In this document: piece by piece, positions 1 through 13,201 of the stretch
Layout of the letters: every line of letters begins with the position of its first letter
Numbering within the stretch: the stretch's first letter is position 1
NCBI GenBank assembly: GCA_002633005.1
Contig: NMRA01000743.1
Coordinates: 62,001-126,000, forward strand
Length of the DNA: 64,000 nt
Source of the DNA: Phoronis australis
Taxonomy: Eukaryota; Animalia; Phoronida
Direction: 5' to 3'
Made by a program: the position numbers and the translations under genes
The notes under the pieces: model-generated
The model's input: the letters and a program-made list of their open reading frames with translations, nothing else
Database searches by the model: none
What the model was told of the DNA's origin: nothing

Positions 1-1039
1 CACAAGCATTACAGTGCTCCTAGTCGTGTCGGCATCCTGGGGCCTGAATGTCTCGATTTTGGGAGTGCCGAATATCGCTCCCATTATTGTCTGAAAATAT
101 ATTCCAATCATGCGAAATTCCCCTCATCATGTCCAAAAATCCCCCTCTGGTGATTAAAATTCCCTTCAAGGTAAAAATATACCTTTCAATTACATAGACC
201 CTTGGCTTCAGAATGTTTTACTTACTGCGAAAATTTTAACTTTATAGGCACGCCTTCCGAATGTTTACAGCCTTCATTTAATTAAATGTTTTAGGTTGTA
301 AAAGTCACATTTCTTGTCCGATTTTCAAAATTCAAAAACTTAACCTTGTTTACTTTTCACAAACAATTCAAATATATATTGGTGTGATAGAACGAAAAAA
401 AATTAAATTTTAGCGCATTTTGGAACTTATGCAACCTCTTCAACCCAGTAAACGAATTTGAAGTTTTCCAGTAAAGGAGGCGTGAGATCTATCATTGGAT
501 TTTTCAACTGAGATAGTGATGTGCATGACTGTAAGAGTGATTTCAATTTTAGTATCTGTATTTGCAGCATATTAAATTGTGAACTTAAGGCTTCAATACA
601 AATTGCAAGTGATTGAGTACTTGAATGACTGCTAGGTAGTAGTCGTGGAATTCTCGAGTAGTTTTCCCAAATTTCGTTGAGATTTTACTCAAGAATTATT
701 GATAGCCACGTTTCCTGAGAAGTTACTTTGCCTCAGTAAATCTGACGTAGTAATAAAATTATATGGTTAAAAACTGGCATCAGTACAACTTCAATCTGAG
801 TTATGGCACAATCTCACCAACATATTTAACAAATTTGAAAATCTTCTAATTTTGTTGTAAATGTCCACAATATCACAGAACAGTGTCTTAAGAATTTTGA
901 TGTTTTCAGTCGTGGTTGATGAAATAACATTGTTTTTAAGAGCAAGCTTTGTTTTCGGCTAGGGTGACTTTGCTGGTTGTTTTAATCTTATCGTATGAAA
1001 ATTGGCGCGTAACTACATTTTGCTGGATGTATGTGTTTA

Positions 1040-2230
1040 GGCAGTGGTCAAGAAAAATTGAAGTTGCAGTCAACACCAAATGAAAACCCTGAATCTTGCA
1101 ACACCATTGGCTGTTGTTTGGAAGTGACTGGAAAGAAGGAGGCCCTGTTTACTAGTCACTGAATTCATAGATCTCTGTGGCTGTTGGACAACCTTTTGGT
1201 GGTGGCTGGGTAGGAATGTGCATTTCTTGGCTCTGAGTTTTTGGGCAATATCGGCATTTGACTGTTGTACTACACAACAACTCTTGCATGGCCTAAATAT
1301 AAACTGTTTTCGTTGACAGGTTTGGTCTCTGCAGAAAATGGCAATAATGGATATTCTGAAACAAAATCCCAATTTATTGCAATTGGTTGCGGGAGGTTTT
1401 CGCTTCATTTTTGTCAAGACTGTATGACTGGAGTTCTGAGACTTTAGGGAACAGTCTGTCACAGCATTGCCTGTGCATGTTACAGGAGTACCTAGTTTTG
1501 ACCTGTCATTCAACAGGTGCTGCAATAGTGATTTCAGTTTTTGTCAGGCACCATTGGTATCCATTAACATATGAATGAAGTCGTTCCACTGGTGTTTCGT
1601 AATTTTCTAGGCCGGTCATCTTCTCTGACTTCCATCATTGTGTGCAGTTCAACATGCACAACAGATTCCCTTTTCGTTGCAGTATGTTCTTTTCAGTTGT
1701 GGACTGTGAGTGTTGTTGATATGGACCTCGGGAAGAATGCGTCACTATAGATTCAAAGGTAGTCATTTTTTGTCATCCAATTTTCCACTGATACATTACT
1801 AGAAGTTGCATCTAGTTTGGAGCTGTTCTAAGTTGATTCAACAGAAAAGGAATTGGGACACAAAATGACCAATCCCACTAGGGCAAATTCTGTGTTGCCC
1901 ACTCGCCGTTGTCAGCAGACTCGCTCGCTTTGGGAGGTAGTGTTGACAGCAACTTGATACGAACAGCACCCTGTGTGGCGATATCAAGTGTCATCTGGTT
2001 GCTGACTCTCCTCATTAGTGGTTACTGCCTGCATGAACCTGTTGTCTGTTTTCACTCCATACCAACTGTTGCAGTGTGTGACTGATTCCCTTTTGCCGTC
2101 TGTACAGTGAATAATCTAACCAGTTTACTTGCAACACAATTTGGTGCCAAGTGAGTTCATTGTCTCATCATTTCAACCGATTATTAGCACCAAAGTAATA
2201 CTTGTGCCACAGCTACCATCAAACAAACTA
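1040..2230. repeat. Dispersed ~1.1 kb repeat, copy 1 (degenerate, unclassified)
   Basis: Colinear with 7420-8545; shared blocks such as ctcttgcatggcctaaatataaactgtttt and ctatagattcaaaggtagtcattttttgtcat. Confidence 0.85.
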
Positions 2231-2599
2231 ATCTCAAGATTTTGAGTACGTCTGCTGATACGGTAGTCTCCGAAACATGAGAAATTACTTGGCCACAGTA
2301 AATTCTGAGTAGTAAAAGAGTGTGATTAATGACTGGCATTATTACGACGTCAGGGGATTTATGGCTCAATCTCACCAACAGAAATAGTTAACTTGATAAT
2401 TTTTCATTTTTCAAAATCTTTTAATTTTGTTAAACAGTTGTGAATGTCCACAGTTGCTCAGATCATTTTCCAATAGTAGCATTGTTGCAGAATTTAAACT
2501 GATAAATTTAGCAGTCAGTGTTACGTATCTTTTATGAAAAAAATGAAGAAAACGAGAGCGCTTGGGGAAGCGACACTTGGCGAAATTAATCGAAAAGAC

Positions 2600-3640
2600 G
2601 ACGATGGGTAGGACGATGACGATCATAACGATGAAGGCGGCAATTATGAATAACACGATAACATTCATGTGACTAGTGAAGAAATAAGTCAGAAATAGGA
2701 TGCAGTCTTGTTCAGTAGCTGGTAATTCAGTGACAACAGTACGAGAGCGCTCGGAGTAAACCAACCACTGTGCAGCAAATCGGTCAACAACAGCGTTATC
2801 AGAAAATCTCGAAGAATTCAAAAAGTTAAGATGTCCTAGCGATTAATGAAAGCCCGTTTAAAACTCTATCGAACTGTACAGATTTCTGATCGGTTGATAT
2901 ACATGGCAAGAAAATCCCGGCATAGAAAACTGCACAAAATGCCAAATTTGACAATTTTCTCCCCGAAATAACCACTTCCCTGCAAGTGCTTTAAAAAGTC
3001 TGACTACAGATTCAGAATGCTCATCCTCTCTAGATTCTAACTATTTGGTCATAATAAGCCCCTTACCAGCTACTTTTGTGGCAAATTTGATCTGTCTGAC
3101 AGCCACCTGAAATCGCACCCGGTTTCTTGGACAGCAGATGACAGGGGTTGATAGCAAATGACAGCCACCAGTTTGCATCAAAAGTAGGTAAAAACTTGAC
3201 TTTTCTCATTCAAAAACACAAGTAAATAAGTTTCCAGGCAATTGTTGTCAACAATTTCCTCAAACCAAACGCCAAACCTGACACGCCCTCAACATAAATT
3301 CTAGGGACTTGAAAATGCTCCGTGGCCGCGGCCTGACTGTTCAGTACTACCTACAGTCTTGAGCGACAATAGGCAACATTAACGACGATGATGATTGTGA
3401 TGATGAAGGCGGCGATGATGAACAACATCATAACATTCATACGATGAACTTAGATGTCATAAATTAGTAAGAAATAAGCTACAGTCTTGTTCAAATAAAC
3501 TAAACCAACATCAATGCAGTAAGAGCGTTCAACAAAGGAACAGCGCTATCAGAAAATCTCAAATAATTCGAAAAGTAGACGTCCTTGCGAAAAATGGAAA
3601 ACATCTGAAAGCCCGTTCCAAACTCTATCTAAATTGATAG
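2600..3640. repeat. Two diverged direct copies of a ~270 bp unit (about 2600-2875 and 3380-3635)
   Basis: Shared gatgaaggcggc...ataacattcat...cagtcttgttca...tatcagaaaatctc...aaactctatc. Confidence 0.75.
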
Positions 3641-4442
3641 TTTCGCAACATTCCATAATTTTTTGAAAAAATTGAAATTTTGCAGGTTTTTTTGAAATTC
3701 AAAGTCAAATAACTCGAAAACGGTAAGTCTGAGAAAAACGTTATCGCAAAACTTTTGAAAGAGCATACTTCAAGGAATCCACATGCAAAAATTCACGTCA
3801 TTTACTCTTCCCATTAAAAATGCGACAACAGAACGATTGAAAACGGGTGAAAATGCGCCAGAGCCGCTATCTTGAAAGTGACTTCCGGTTAAACAAAATT
3901 TTATAAAAGCCAATCAATAGCAACAAACACATTACCAGTTTGAAAATGATTGGTTCGCCAGTGCGCCTTCTACAGGAGAAATTACGTTTTCGGCCAGATA
4001 TTGAGGTGCGCATGCGCCATTCCCAATATTTCCGCCATCTTTGACCGGAAGTCAATGATTCACTTCGCAGTTGTAGTACCTGTGCGGTACAATAATCATA
4101 CCAACTTTCAGCCATGTGCGTCAAAAAATGCGGCTTCCATGAGCATTTGAATATGAAACCGGAAACAAAAATGCCGTCACGTCCGCCATTTTGAATCCGA
4201 TCATGACCATAAACGATAGGCTTCCAGGACTTTCTGATCTACTTTCCGTATGCAAATTTCATGAGAATCGGACGAAAATTGCGACCTGTAGAGAGCGAAC
4301 AAACAAACAAAAAAAACAATGTCAGACCAACATACTTGGCGGAATTCCCAGAATTCCGTCAAGTAACAATACCACTCATTCTGCCGTTTTGCATCCTAAA
4401 TTGTTTAGACTTTGTCTTAAGAATTTTAATACTTTCACTCAC

Positions 4443-6857
4443 CAGGTCTCAACGCTATTGAAATCGCCAGGTCGCATGTTGCGACCTAGCCAAAATCCCA
4501 GGTCGCATTTTCAAAATCCAGGTCGCATTCATAAATGCCTGGTTGCAAAATTTTCCAGCCATTTTACGCGCCAAATTTGATTTTTTGGATCATCAAGAAA
4601 ATGTTTAGATTATACTCTTACCTACTCACAAATTTCAGATCGCAAAATTGACTTCGTTCATGCAGGTACGGAATTACTGTTCTTCACGACCACCATTGAA
4701 AGGCTATAGAGCGCAAAGCAAGTTGCCGACGTGAAAGTTGAATCAGTGCTCTATAACTGACACGTACATTCGACTAGCTAAGTTTGCGATGTGAAACGCG
4801 AGAAAATGCCCATTGAAAAAGTATCTGGGATTTTGCTGGGTCTGACCTGCTACTGGCTGTCATCAAAGTTGTTAAAGATTCAAACTAACTTGGAGTGCAA
4901 ATACCCTCCACTTTTGTTCGCAGCCCAAATTTTGCAACTAAACTCGACGTTTGAAAAACATCTGTCAAAAAAAAATCTGTGAAATGATGCCCTAACCAAA
5001 TGACCTATTTGGATGCGCGGGAACAGTTCAGTGCAAATTTCACAACAAAAATGTGGTATTTATGCTGTTTACGTATTCCGCAATTAGTTTTCCGTGAAAT
5101 GAATATAACTTCGCAATAATTCCGACTGCCTCCGTGCGGGTTTCCATCAGGTAATGGCGAGTTTGCTCCTCAAAACCTCCACAGTACGAGAAAAATAGGT
5201 CAGTCACAAAATGACACGCATGACACTTGTGTTAACAACAAAGCCGGAATTTAGTTTTTACATATTGAGAAAAGACGTTTTTTGAAAACTAAATTTTTTC
5301 TCACCATATAGGCTGCGTGTCAATTTTAAGACATGCGTGGTCGTTTGTAGTGCACCATGATGGGTGCTAGCCTGAACTATGGGAGCTTAAGTGGAAATTC
5401 TCAAAAGTTGAGGGGGAACGCTTAGTAGATCGATCAGTGAGCGCTTATTATGAAACTCTTCAAAGGAAGGGAGTAGGCTTGTACGTGACCATAGTCGTTA
5501 ACCTGAGTGTTTGCCGTAATAAGATATTAAAAGACTGCAATGGTAAGAAACATTTTGCAAGGCAAACTCCATCTAGTAGGGGTGACTTTCTCTATAATCC
5601 TTACCACCTACACTGTACCCTTTTTAATAGCCATCCGGAATAATTTTGTTTTTAATTGCCCGCTTCAGCCGGAACAAGATTCTATTGGAGTCTGAACATT
5701 TTACGGCAACAGTGGTCCGGGGAGCGAAAAGTTGTGGGGGGGTGTATGAAGAGAAGAATAAAAAGTTCGCTAACCACAATTTTTCATCTATAGTATCCGT
5801 TTAGTTGCAATAGCTGGCTACGGGCATAGAATATAGGGTTTAGGGAACCTCGACCTTGGGAAACATGGGGACAGGAAAATATCAGTTCTGGGTTATATTG
5901 GTCCCGTGGAATATCGTAAGGCATCGGGTCTTTTTTAACTGCCTGGAATCTATGAGTTCATTTCCAAATAAACCACTGGCACCCGGGTGTTTAACAGAGC
6001 CAAGACTCTTTCATTTAGGACTGTTGCTGTTCCGTTTTGATGTGCAGCTTTGAAGTGGTGCGAACGCGTGAGTTCATGCACTTGAATCGCTGGAGTAGGC
6101 CTGCACTTTACGTTGGCAATAACATGTGAAAGACTCATATTTCCCGCACGTATAGCCCCAGAAACAAGTAAAGGGTTTGAGAATTTCTTGGCAACTGAAA
6201 GTAAAGACGTGGTCGTTGTTTTGGCGATTAATAGGGTTGTTATTTTCACTTTGGCTGTCTTATGCGATAAAAACGAGACGCACATCTCTAAGTCACGATT
6301 GTCTGCCGGGACCGCTTGCGTGCTAACAACGGGACCGACCAGTGCCGCAGTGCGATATCAGGGATATTGTCATGGATATTTGGTGCATGAAATAAGGACA
6401 TCTTATGCAAAAAATAAACATATTTGTCCGCCACAAAGTTTGGTAAATTGATCACTTAAGAATTAGTAGAAACACCGCTGTTTTGTTACGTTTTATCACG
6501 TGTTATGCAGTTGCCCGAAACTTTCTTCGGCGAATCCGGAAATATGCAAAAGTGGCCGAAAATGTTAGCCAATGAAACGTGACAAAGATTCGCGACCTGC
6601 TCAGAAGTCATCGAGAGGGCTGTTCTCGTTTAGTGTCCTTTTGAACTTGGATTTGGCAACAACCAAATAACGGTTGGATTAAGAAGAGTTGCTTTATATT
6701 TCCCAGGTATCTGCCGAGAAGTGTAAAAACTCAGCTCGCATTCGTTGGAAATTCGAGGTCGCTTTTTGCGACTTGATACGAGCTGACACAAATCTCACCT
6801 CGCATTTGCAAATTTCAGGTCGCAAATGCGACCTGCAGCTCATTATGTCGAGCCCTG
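4443..6857. mobile_element. Non-autonomous hAT-like element with apparent 5-bp TSD
   Basis: Ends caggtctcaac / gtcgagccctg; subterminal caggtcgcat motifs at both ends; ctcac on both flanks (4438-4442, 6858-6862). Confidence 0.65.
5800..6700 (-). mobile_element. Internal fragment of the Tc2/pogo-like family seen at 25240-27850
   Basis: Shares blocks with 47620-48230 (ttaggactgttgctgtt, gggaccgaccagtgccgcagtgcgata) and, inverted, with 26070-26850. Confidence 0.7.
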
Positions 6858-7419
6858 CTCACCAAAAATCCTTTTTAGTGATATTTGTACGGTTGATGAA
6901 AATATTATTTCTCATAGCAAGCTTAATGTGGAACTCGCATGCTAATTCTTTATCTCTTTGATTTCTTGGCCAAATTGGTTAGAAACACAACATATAGCGA
7001 CGATGTGAATATCAAGTAGGTTGAAAATTACCAATTTGTAGTGAAAATGATCTGCTGCAAATCACTGAATCGTGTCCAGTAAGTATCGTGACATGGTGTT
7101 GGGGAATACACTGCATGGTGGGAGCTATGTGAACCCGCGAGGACATCATTAGTGCAAAGGTCACCTATTTGCACAATTTTTTATTTCCACATTCACCAGT
7201 TGTCAATAAATACAACTATAGTGCACTTTGCTTAGCATAGATTATGTCAAAATAGCATCGTCGTTTAGTTTCTACTATGCATCAGCATAAGTTAGGAGCA
7301 TGCAAATACAATCATATTTAAAACTAGAGTGACTTTGTGCTGTTCAAATCTTGTTTGAAAGTTGCAAATTATTTTTCTTCTCATTTCCACGGATCTGTTT
7401 AGACAGTAATGAAAAAAAT

Positions 7420-8545
7420 ATGCGAGCAAAACCAGATGAAAATCCTGAATCTTGTCAGACCATTGACTGTTGGTTGGAAGTGACCACTGAGGAGAAGCAG
7501 GCCTTGTTCATTCACCGAATTCACATCTCTCTGTGGCTGTGGGACAACCTGTTGGTGGTGGCTGGGTAGGATTGGCTCTGGTTTATTGTCCAGTGTAGGC
7601 ATGTGACTGTTGTATGTACACAACAGCAACTCTTGCATGGCCTAAATATAAACTGTTTTTGTTGGCAGGTTTGTTCCTTGTAGAAAGTGGCATTGATGGA
7701 GATTCTGAAAGAAAGCATCCTAATTTGTTGCACTTAGTTGCTGAGCATTTTCGCTTCATTACCAACAGTCTACTGTGGATGTCTGAGACTTTGGGGTATG
7801 GTTTGAATCTGTGTCACAGCGTTGTCATGAGCACAAATCCTGTGCATGTCACACAAGCACCTGGTTTTGACCTCCTTTATGCAAGAAAGACCCTAATGAA
7901 ATCATTCCAGTAGTATTCCATAATTTTCCAGGCCGGTCATCTTTGAATACAGTGATTGTGTGCAGTTCAACAGGCACGATAGATTCCCTTTTCGCCGAGT
8001 ATGTTCTTTTCAGTAGAGGACAATGAATGCTGTTGATATGGACCTCGGGAAGAATGCAAAACTATAGATTCAAAGGTAGTCATTTTTTGTCATTCAATTT
8101 TCCACTGATATATTACTAGGATTTGTGTCTACCGTGGAGCCGTTCACAAATGACGTACCAGAAAAGGAATTGGGACCCAAAATGACCAATCCCACTAGGG
8201 CGAATTCTGTGCTGCCAACTCTCCGTTTTCAGCAGACTTGCTGGCTTTGGGAGGTGCTGTCGACAGCAACTTGGTACGAACACGACTGTGTGTGATAATG
8301 TCAAGTGTCATCGGGTTGCTATTGGTCCTCATTAACCGTTACTGTCTGCATGAAACTGTTGTCTGTTTTTGCTCCATGGCGACTGTTATCCAGTGTGTCT
8401 GATTCCCTTTTTCCATCAGTACAGTGAAATCTAACCAGTTTACATGCGACACAGTATGGTGCCATTATTGATTTCATTGTCTCGTCTTTTCATAAACAAT
8501 TAGTATTACCAATAGTTGTACCACAGCTACCATAGACAAATTAAT
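7420..8545. repeat. Dispersed ~1.1 kb repeat, copy 2
   Basis: Diverged direct copy of 1040-2230. Confidence 0.85.
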
Positions 8546-9044
8546 TGTTTTGATAAATTGTGCATATTTACAACACTAGAAGACTGGAAATGGACAGTTC
8601 TGCCAATTTTCTTTACCGAAATATGTGACATTTTAATGATATGATGATGGTTGTGGAATTAATTGTAGTTTGATCAGATATAACTGGATACCAAACTAAT
8701 GGAATTGTTACAGTTCCTATATGCTTCATTTCTTCTTTTGTCTTCTCATGGCATTCAACAGACTTATCAGCTATCACAAACAGTGCAAATCACTCATGAA
8801 TTTCCATGACGACATGTCAGTGATCTCACCCAAGCATTCAGCTATGGTTATGTGTCCTAGGTTCATGGACGTGCTTTCAAAAATTTCTGGGAAGTAATGT
8901 GATGTCTAATTTGTAGGATTTCATGGAGATGTCTCACTGTTTACAGTGAACAAAAGGATCATTGCTGAACCAGTGATTTAGTGATCATACAGCACTGTAA
9001 ATGCACGGTTCAGTGAACTACTCTATATGTTTAGGGATTTCAGT

Positions 9045-10555
9045 CACACGGGTGAGAAACAGCATGACCGGCTCCAAATCTGACTGACTCACCACAAAAC
9101 AGAACTTACGGGGATCAAATGGGACCGCCGCACTAGAAAATGAAACTGACGCACCTAAAAACATGACCATCCCAGCAAAAAACAGGACTGCCGGGGACTG
9201 AACATGATCGCCGGGGATTGAAACCGCAATGACAAACAGGCTAAGTTTTATTGCCTGTCAATTGATTGTAGGTGTACACAGATCATACAATGGGGCTATT
9301 TATGCAGGACTTATGCTGATTAATCCACCGAAATCTTTTGTGCGGTACAGGACAGTTCGCTTTGTAAAACGCGGTGCTTTTGAATTTTACTTCAGCAGGC
9401 TCTGTGACTTTTAAACAATTGAAAGAAGGTGACAACATTTAAAATTAATAAATCTAACCACAAACCTACCACCTTGCACGCTTTTGAGCTAAATAATTAT
9501 AATTTTATCCACTTCGTAAGTTTTAAAATAAAATGAATTCATTTTCTCCAGTTTGACGTTTTAGTCATCCAAGTAAAAAAACGGGCGTTCTGACTCTTGG
9601 GTGAAGCATCATCATAACTAGCCTTTGTGTGGCAAAGCTGTATACTAAAATACAGCTTTGCGCCGATGTGGGTAAAAAACTGAACAAGTAGAATCTTCAC
9701 AGAATTAGTTTTATTAGCAACATTCCTCCTTGAGTAACTAAATTATTTATCGGCGCTCGGAAAAATTATTGTTCTGCCGTTATTCTGCTGCTAAAATTGT
9801 GATGCGTTCTTTTAGGTCAGCTTCGAACATCGGCCAGTTTCTTTTTTTCCGTGATTCTTCAATGAGCTGTTCTTCTTTTCTACATGGTTGCATACATGGC
9901 TTAACAGATTATCAAAACAGTGGTTTCATTTTGTTATAAGTTTTTAGTATTTAAATACCAGCAAACCGAATTTCAGAACATTAATCATGCTGCGGCAAAG
10001 TTGTCATCATCTTACGAAAGATGTCGCAAAATTTTAGGAAATGCCACGTGCATGTGTCACGAGCGTGACGGACTTCTTTGTCACAATAGGCAAAAAATTA
10101 TGCAAGGAAATGACGTTCATTTTATTGTTTTTCACTCAAGCGGTAACCTGCAAGGTGAGTGTTGATTGACTCCTAGATTTTGCAATTGCGCCTGCACTGT
10201 TCGCTAGCTCTACATGTCATTATAAGTTTCACGACGATGCAACGAGCAGAACTATACGGGCTGTGGGAAATTTCGGGGTCTAACGGAGTTCAACAAGGAG
10301 TACTACCAAGCTGTATTTTGACGATAGTCTTTACACAGCTAACTGACGGGTTACGTCATAAACCCGCAGTATCACACAAAGGTGCTGATAACTACATTTT
10401 GTCCGGCGATAATGTTCAGTCTCCGGCAATCCTGTTTTGAGGTGCGTCAGTCCCATTTTCTGGTGTGGTGGTCCCATTTGATCCCCATAGGTCCTGTTTT
10501 GGGCGAGTCATCCGATTTGGAGGACCGGTGGTCATGTTGTTTCAGGGCATCACCT
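9045..10555. mobile_element. ~1.5 kb element with long (~150 bp) imperfect terminal inverted repeats
   Basis: ggggatcaaatgggaccgccgcactagaaaatgaaactgacgcacct (~9110) is the imperfect reverse complement of aggtgcgtcagtcccattttctggtgtggtggtcccatttgatcccc (~10440). Confidence 0.7.
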
Positions 10556-11079
10556 AGCAATCGTTAGACCAATTATTAGTTCTGCAGTTGAGATGGAAGA
10601 ATTTCTCTTTAATGGTAATACTTTCAGATGTGGTAGCTAAAAATACAACGGACGGAGGTAATGATCGGTTTAGTTTGGGAGGTGGGCATGCACAAATCAT
10701 CAAAGAAGTAGATGATGATCCGACTATCTATCTGCGTCTATTCCGCTCAGAAGTCTGGCTATGGCTGCAGAAGATTGATACCGGGTAGGCGTGACCCCCT
10801 CCCCCATTGGAGATCCATCAGTGTCCCACTCTCCACCCCAAAGAACAGTTTGTCCAGAGCTCGCCTGCGGACTAGATTGCATGTTTTCCTGTTTTTTCAG
10901 GAGTTTTTGTTTATTAAGGTAAATGAAGAATTAAGCAAGAATGCATCGTTTTCAGCCTATTTCTGTGCAGCTGTTTCCCCTACCCGAACACCTGTAATAT
11001 ATGCCCTTTCTGGAAAACTTCGTGTTCTTTGTGAAGAAAAACATCCTTTGCATTATGTGCACTTTTTAATGTTTGGGAT

Positions 11080-12190
11080 CCTGTGTTATACTACTGCTAA
11101 TCCTGAAAGCCGCAGTCTACTATATTTCGATTGATGGTAAGTGTATTCATCTGAAGTTTACAGCAGGCGACAACTTTTGGACCGATCCGACAACAGCTGT
11201 GACTGGTTTTTATGAAATTTGACCAGGTTTCTATTAAAGAGGCGATAACATCTCGTTTTTTGATTGATTTGGCTAGTGGCCGTTTTTTTAAATTAATTTT
11301 GAGTTTTTGGCTTCTGCCTCTCGGCCAAACCACTCTAAGGACAATTATGATAATTGGCATCATATGCTCCTACTCAGGGAAGATGATGGATTGCAAGGAT
11401 TTTTGGATGCCCTGTCTACTGTGGCACTTATTGGCAGTTTTTTGTGTCTGTGGCTTTACCATCTGTTAGTCCTCTGGTGGATCTTTGTTAAATTTGCTAC
11501 TGAAGTGTATTTTTGTAGGCAGGTAAAACGTATGATGACAGTTTAAGGTTTCTATTAATGGTGGTGTGATGACACCTTCCCATTTTCAGATGTATTTCAC
11601 ATAGTGTATGCCTCCTAGTGGCCATTTTTGTTATTTTTTAGGCTGTTTTTTTTGGCTTCCATCTCTCCATTGGCCTTAAAGTTCATGAAAAGTGGTATTT
11701 TATTCTTACTGGGAAGACCTCGTCTAGCAACAATACCTTTCTATTTTCGGACAGATTAGATATATTCTACCCGGCCTGGTGACTCTTGACAACAGTGCTA
11801 CTGTTGTACTCTCTAATGACAATTTTTTGCATCCACAGCAGCTGCTGTATCAGCACTGAAAGCCTTGTGAAATATGATGACTGAATGTATTTCTATGAAG
11901 GTGGCAACAGGTATTAACAATTTCTTTTGGATATATCCAAATAATGCTGTGCCTCCTACTGGCAATTCTATTTTTTTCACAATGCCTCCGTATCTTGGGA
12001 GCTCCTAGTCAGGATTTCATGAAATTTGGCTAATAGGTTGTTATTAAACAAAGCAACAAGGTCTTTTCATTTTCGGACTGATTCAGTTTCTTCTGTGCTA
12101 CCTAGTGGCCATTTTTTTAGACTAATAACCATTACATAGAAGCATACCATTTGCTATGGGGTGGTTGGCATTTTCGATGCTTTTGTTATT
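11080..12190. repeat. HINE-like repeat with internal ~130-160 bp units (cctagtggcc motif)
   Basis: Recurrent cctagtggc, ttttcagat and aaccactctaagga motifs shared with 14930-17520 and 58070-60165. Confidence 0.7.
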
Positions 12191-13050
12191 TATCGTTTGT
12201 CCACGCCCCAGTTAGCCGATATTCATGTCGCTGAATGAACTCTGGGTTATAAATCAAATGCTCGGTTGACAACAATGTCCAGGATGGATTGTCACTCGCA
12301 AATTCCTTGTCAGGGCAGACGTTTGTTAGTGCGTTTGACTGCTGAGTTCTTCTAAATGGTGTGCTGTTTCTTCTGGCTCTTGCCAGTTGACCTTCGACCT
12401 CTACTGTACTTGCACAGTCACAGCCAATTTTTCTGAGAGTTCCCTGCTGATCACGACTGCAGTACTTAATGTCAGTTTAAGCCTATGTTGCGAGAGGGAC
12501 AATTTGGTTGTCCTGTATATAAGTATACCAAACTTGTTTACTTGAGATCTTAATTTGCAAACTAAAATTTGCATGATCGTAAGTCTCAAAATAACACTAT
12601 GATTGCACCGAGACATTTCACAAGCTTTGTATGGTTTGCAATTCCCAAGATAGATTAAATGAACAAAAGTCTCATAATGTTTTGTAATTAGTGTATTTTC
12701 CATATTTTTTGACAAGTCGGATTTACATTTGATAGAAAATAAGCGTTTTTAAAAAAGTTTATAATTACGTATTCCATTTGAAAAAGTCCCAGATGCCTGA
12801 CAAGGGGATCGTCAGAGACTTTACGTGAATTGCAGGGCTGTGACTATGTTGACTGGTAGCTAGTTGCAGAATGTGATTTAACTGATTAGGGACCTGAGTG
12901 GCAATTATAGCATGAATTATGTATTGGCAAGTGGAACTAATTCTAGTCAGCTATATTTTTATTTTCAGGTCTGTATTTTAAATAATCTATTTCAGCGTGT
13001 TTTTCTTTTCTTCATTCTGATCTCATCACGACTTAATGGTCTTTCTTTAG

Positions 13051-13201
13051 TTGGTCCATGGCCGGAAGTAGTGTTCATGAATAATGCTGATCGAGCGAAT
13101 GTCAAAACTTTGGGAAAATCCAACACTGCTGGTAACAGTGTCCAGGAGGGGTACACTCGCAAGTTCTTCCCTGAAGCCTGGCTATGGGCAGACATCGATG
13201 G
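13051..13201 (+). CDS. Alternative bait/variable exon A ([51 protein letters not shown])
   Basis: Acceptor ctttctttag|TT, donor GG|gtaatg; 151 nt, phase 1 to 2; FPEAWLW motif. Confidence 0.9.

Noticed and set aside
8030-8070. Minus-strand YSFAFFPRSI, resembling the bait-exon FFP motif or a LINE C-terminal FFPR motif
   Set aside because: Wrong strand for the TEP gene, no following Trp, and no reverse-transcriptase motifs nearby; left as an unclassified repeat.
1070-12715. Many 60-150 aa ORFs in the ORF track
   Set aside because: No recognisable domains; they lie in repeats, and the duplicated copies do not keep the same frame.
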